Origin: Flavobacteriales bacterium
GTDB taxonomy: Bacteria; Bacteroidota; Bacteroidia; Flavobacteriales_D; Sanyastnellaceae
Direction: 5' to 3'
Length of the DNA: 29,373 nucleotides
Assembly (NCBI GenBank): GCA_011524845.1
Contig: WTJL01000169.1
Span: forward strand, 1 to 29,373
The notes beneath the pieces are model-generated. The model was not told the origin of the DNA. It searched no databases and worked only from the letters and a program-made list of their open reading frames with translations. Shown here one piece after another: positions 28,391 to 29,373 of the stretch. How positions within the stretch are numbered: the first letter of the stretch is position 1; each line of letters opens with the position of its first letter. The translations under genes and the position numbers were made by a program.

Positions 28391-29373
28391 TCAGTACCGC
28401 TTCTTCTTGCCCTTCTTCTTCACACTGAAGCCGGGTGCGCCGCTAGAGCCGGACGTGTTCCACGGTTCTTGGCCGGGCTTGAAGTAGGGCTTCTTTTTGG
28501 CCTTTTTCTTCGCCTTGCCAGCGCCCATGGGCTTGCCGGGCTTGCTGTCGTTCCATGAAGACGGACCGTCCTTGGATTTGAATCCGCCCTTGGACTTGAA
28601 CCTCTTGTTGAAGGGCTTCTTCCGGAAGGGACGCCCGCCTCGGTCGCCTCCGCGGTCGTAGCGATCGTCGCGGTCACGGCGGCGGTCGCCCATGTCTTTT
28701 TGGTTCAAGTCAGCCTTGCCCCCGGTGTCGAGCTTTCGCATTTCGGAGAGCACCACTTGGCGGAGCAAATCTTCCTTCGAGAGTTCACCAAACAACAAAC
28801 TCATCTGCTCCCAAATGTCTTCTGGGACGCCCCGGCCTGCGGGGAGTTCAATCAAGCCTTGTCCCCACGTGGTCATCCGCGCGTGTACGATTTCCTCGGG
28901 GTTGGGGACCATGGTTTGGGTGAAGTCAATGTCCAGGGTGTTCGCGAGGCGGTTGAGGTGGCCGCGCTCCTTGATGCTCATGAGCGCCAAGGAGATGCCC
29001 TTCTTGCCTGCACGGGCGGTTCGGCCCGAACGGTGGGTGTAGTACGCCGCCTCGCCCGGAAGCGAGTGGTGGAAGACGTGTGTGAGGTTGTCCACGTCGA
29101 TGCCGCGCGCGGCCACGTCGGTGGCCACGAGGACCTGCAGGTGTTTCTGCTTGAACCGCAACATGACGCGGTCGCGTTGGGCCTGCGACATCTCGCCGTG
29201 CAAGGCGTCGGCACGGTAACCGCGCTTGAGCAGCTCTTCGGCCAACGCTTGAGTGTCGCGGCGGGTGCGGCAAAACACCACCCCGTAGAGCTCAGGGTCG
29301 AGGTCTAGGAAGCGGGCAATGGCCTCGGATTTGTCCGAGTGACGCACCAGGGCGTAGCGGTGTTCGATGTTTT
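28391..29373 (-). CDS. DEAD-box RNA helicase (5'-partial)
   Basis: VVFCRTR (IV), LHGEMSQAQR (IVa), VATDVAARGIDV (V), HRSGRTARAG (VI); the frame stays open to the window edge. Confidence 0.95.
   Translation of the reverse strand, partial: NIEHRYALVRHSDKSEAIARFLDLDPELYGVVFCRTRRDTQALAEELLKRGYRADALHGEMSQAQRDRVMLRFKQKHLQVLVATDVAARGIDVDNLTHVFHHSLPGEAAYYTHRSGRTARAGKKGISLALMSIKERGHLNRLANTLDIDFTQTMVPNPEEIVHARMTTWGQGLIELPAGRGVPEDIWEQMSLLFGELSKEDLLRQVVLSEMRKLDTGGKADLNQKDMGDRRRDRDDRYDRGGDRGGRPFRKKPFNKRFKSKGGFKSKDGPSSWNDSKPGKPMGAGKAKKKAKKKPYFKPGQEPWNTSGSSGAPGFSVKKKGKKKRY

Overview
About 29 kb of a GC-rich Bacteroidota genome, most likely Flavobacteriales. This is inferred from a T9SS C-terminal sorting domain, repeated TAnnTTTG-type -7 promoter boxes, an RprX/RprY-like two-component pair and the yicC-gmk-nadD order. 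The left third is the 3' part (>=3231 aa, start outside the window) of a giant, very acidic, Cys-rich, repeat-built T9SS cargo protein. It is followed by a separately transcribed, signal-peptide-bearing YadA-head/phage-tail-fibre-like protein with no recognisable anchor. The rest is mostly housekeeping: an ALDH8-type dehydrogenase, tRNA-Gln(UUG), an OmpA/MotB lipoprotein, a Cys-repeat lipoprotein, recJ, an MscS-family channel, dnaG, a sensor kinase/response regulator pair, prs-rplY-pth, yicC-gmk-nadD, a polyprenyl synthetase, a MORN-variant lipoprotein, one lower-GC inserted lipoprotein gene and a 5'-truncated DEAD-box helicase. No CRISPR array, transposase, integrase or rRNA is visible. Best candidates for something undescribed: (i) a ~145-nt structured minus-strand RNA with its own promoter and terminator upstream of dnaG; (ii) the giant protein's architecture, including a twice-used uncharacterised domain nested inside HYR-like units and a mirror-symmetric beta-hairpin insertion; (iii) the anchorless trimeric-adhesin-like protein; (iv) several apparently leaderless genes. 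All domain and family calls are from motif recognition by eye; no searches were run.
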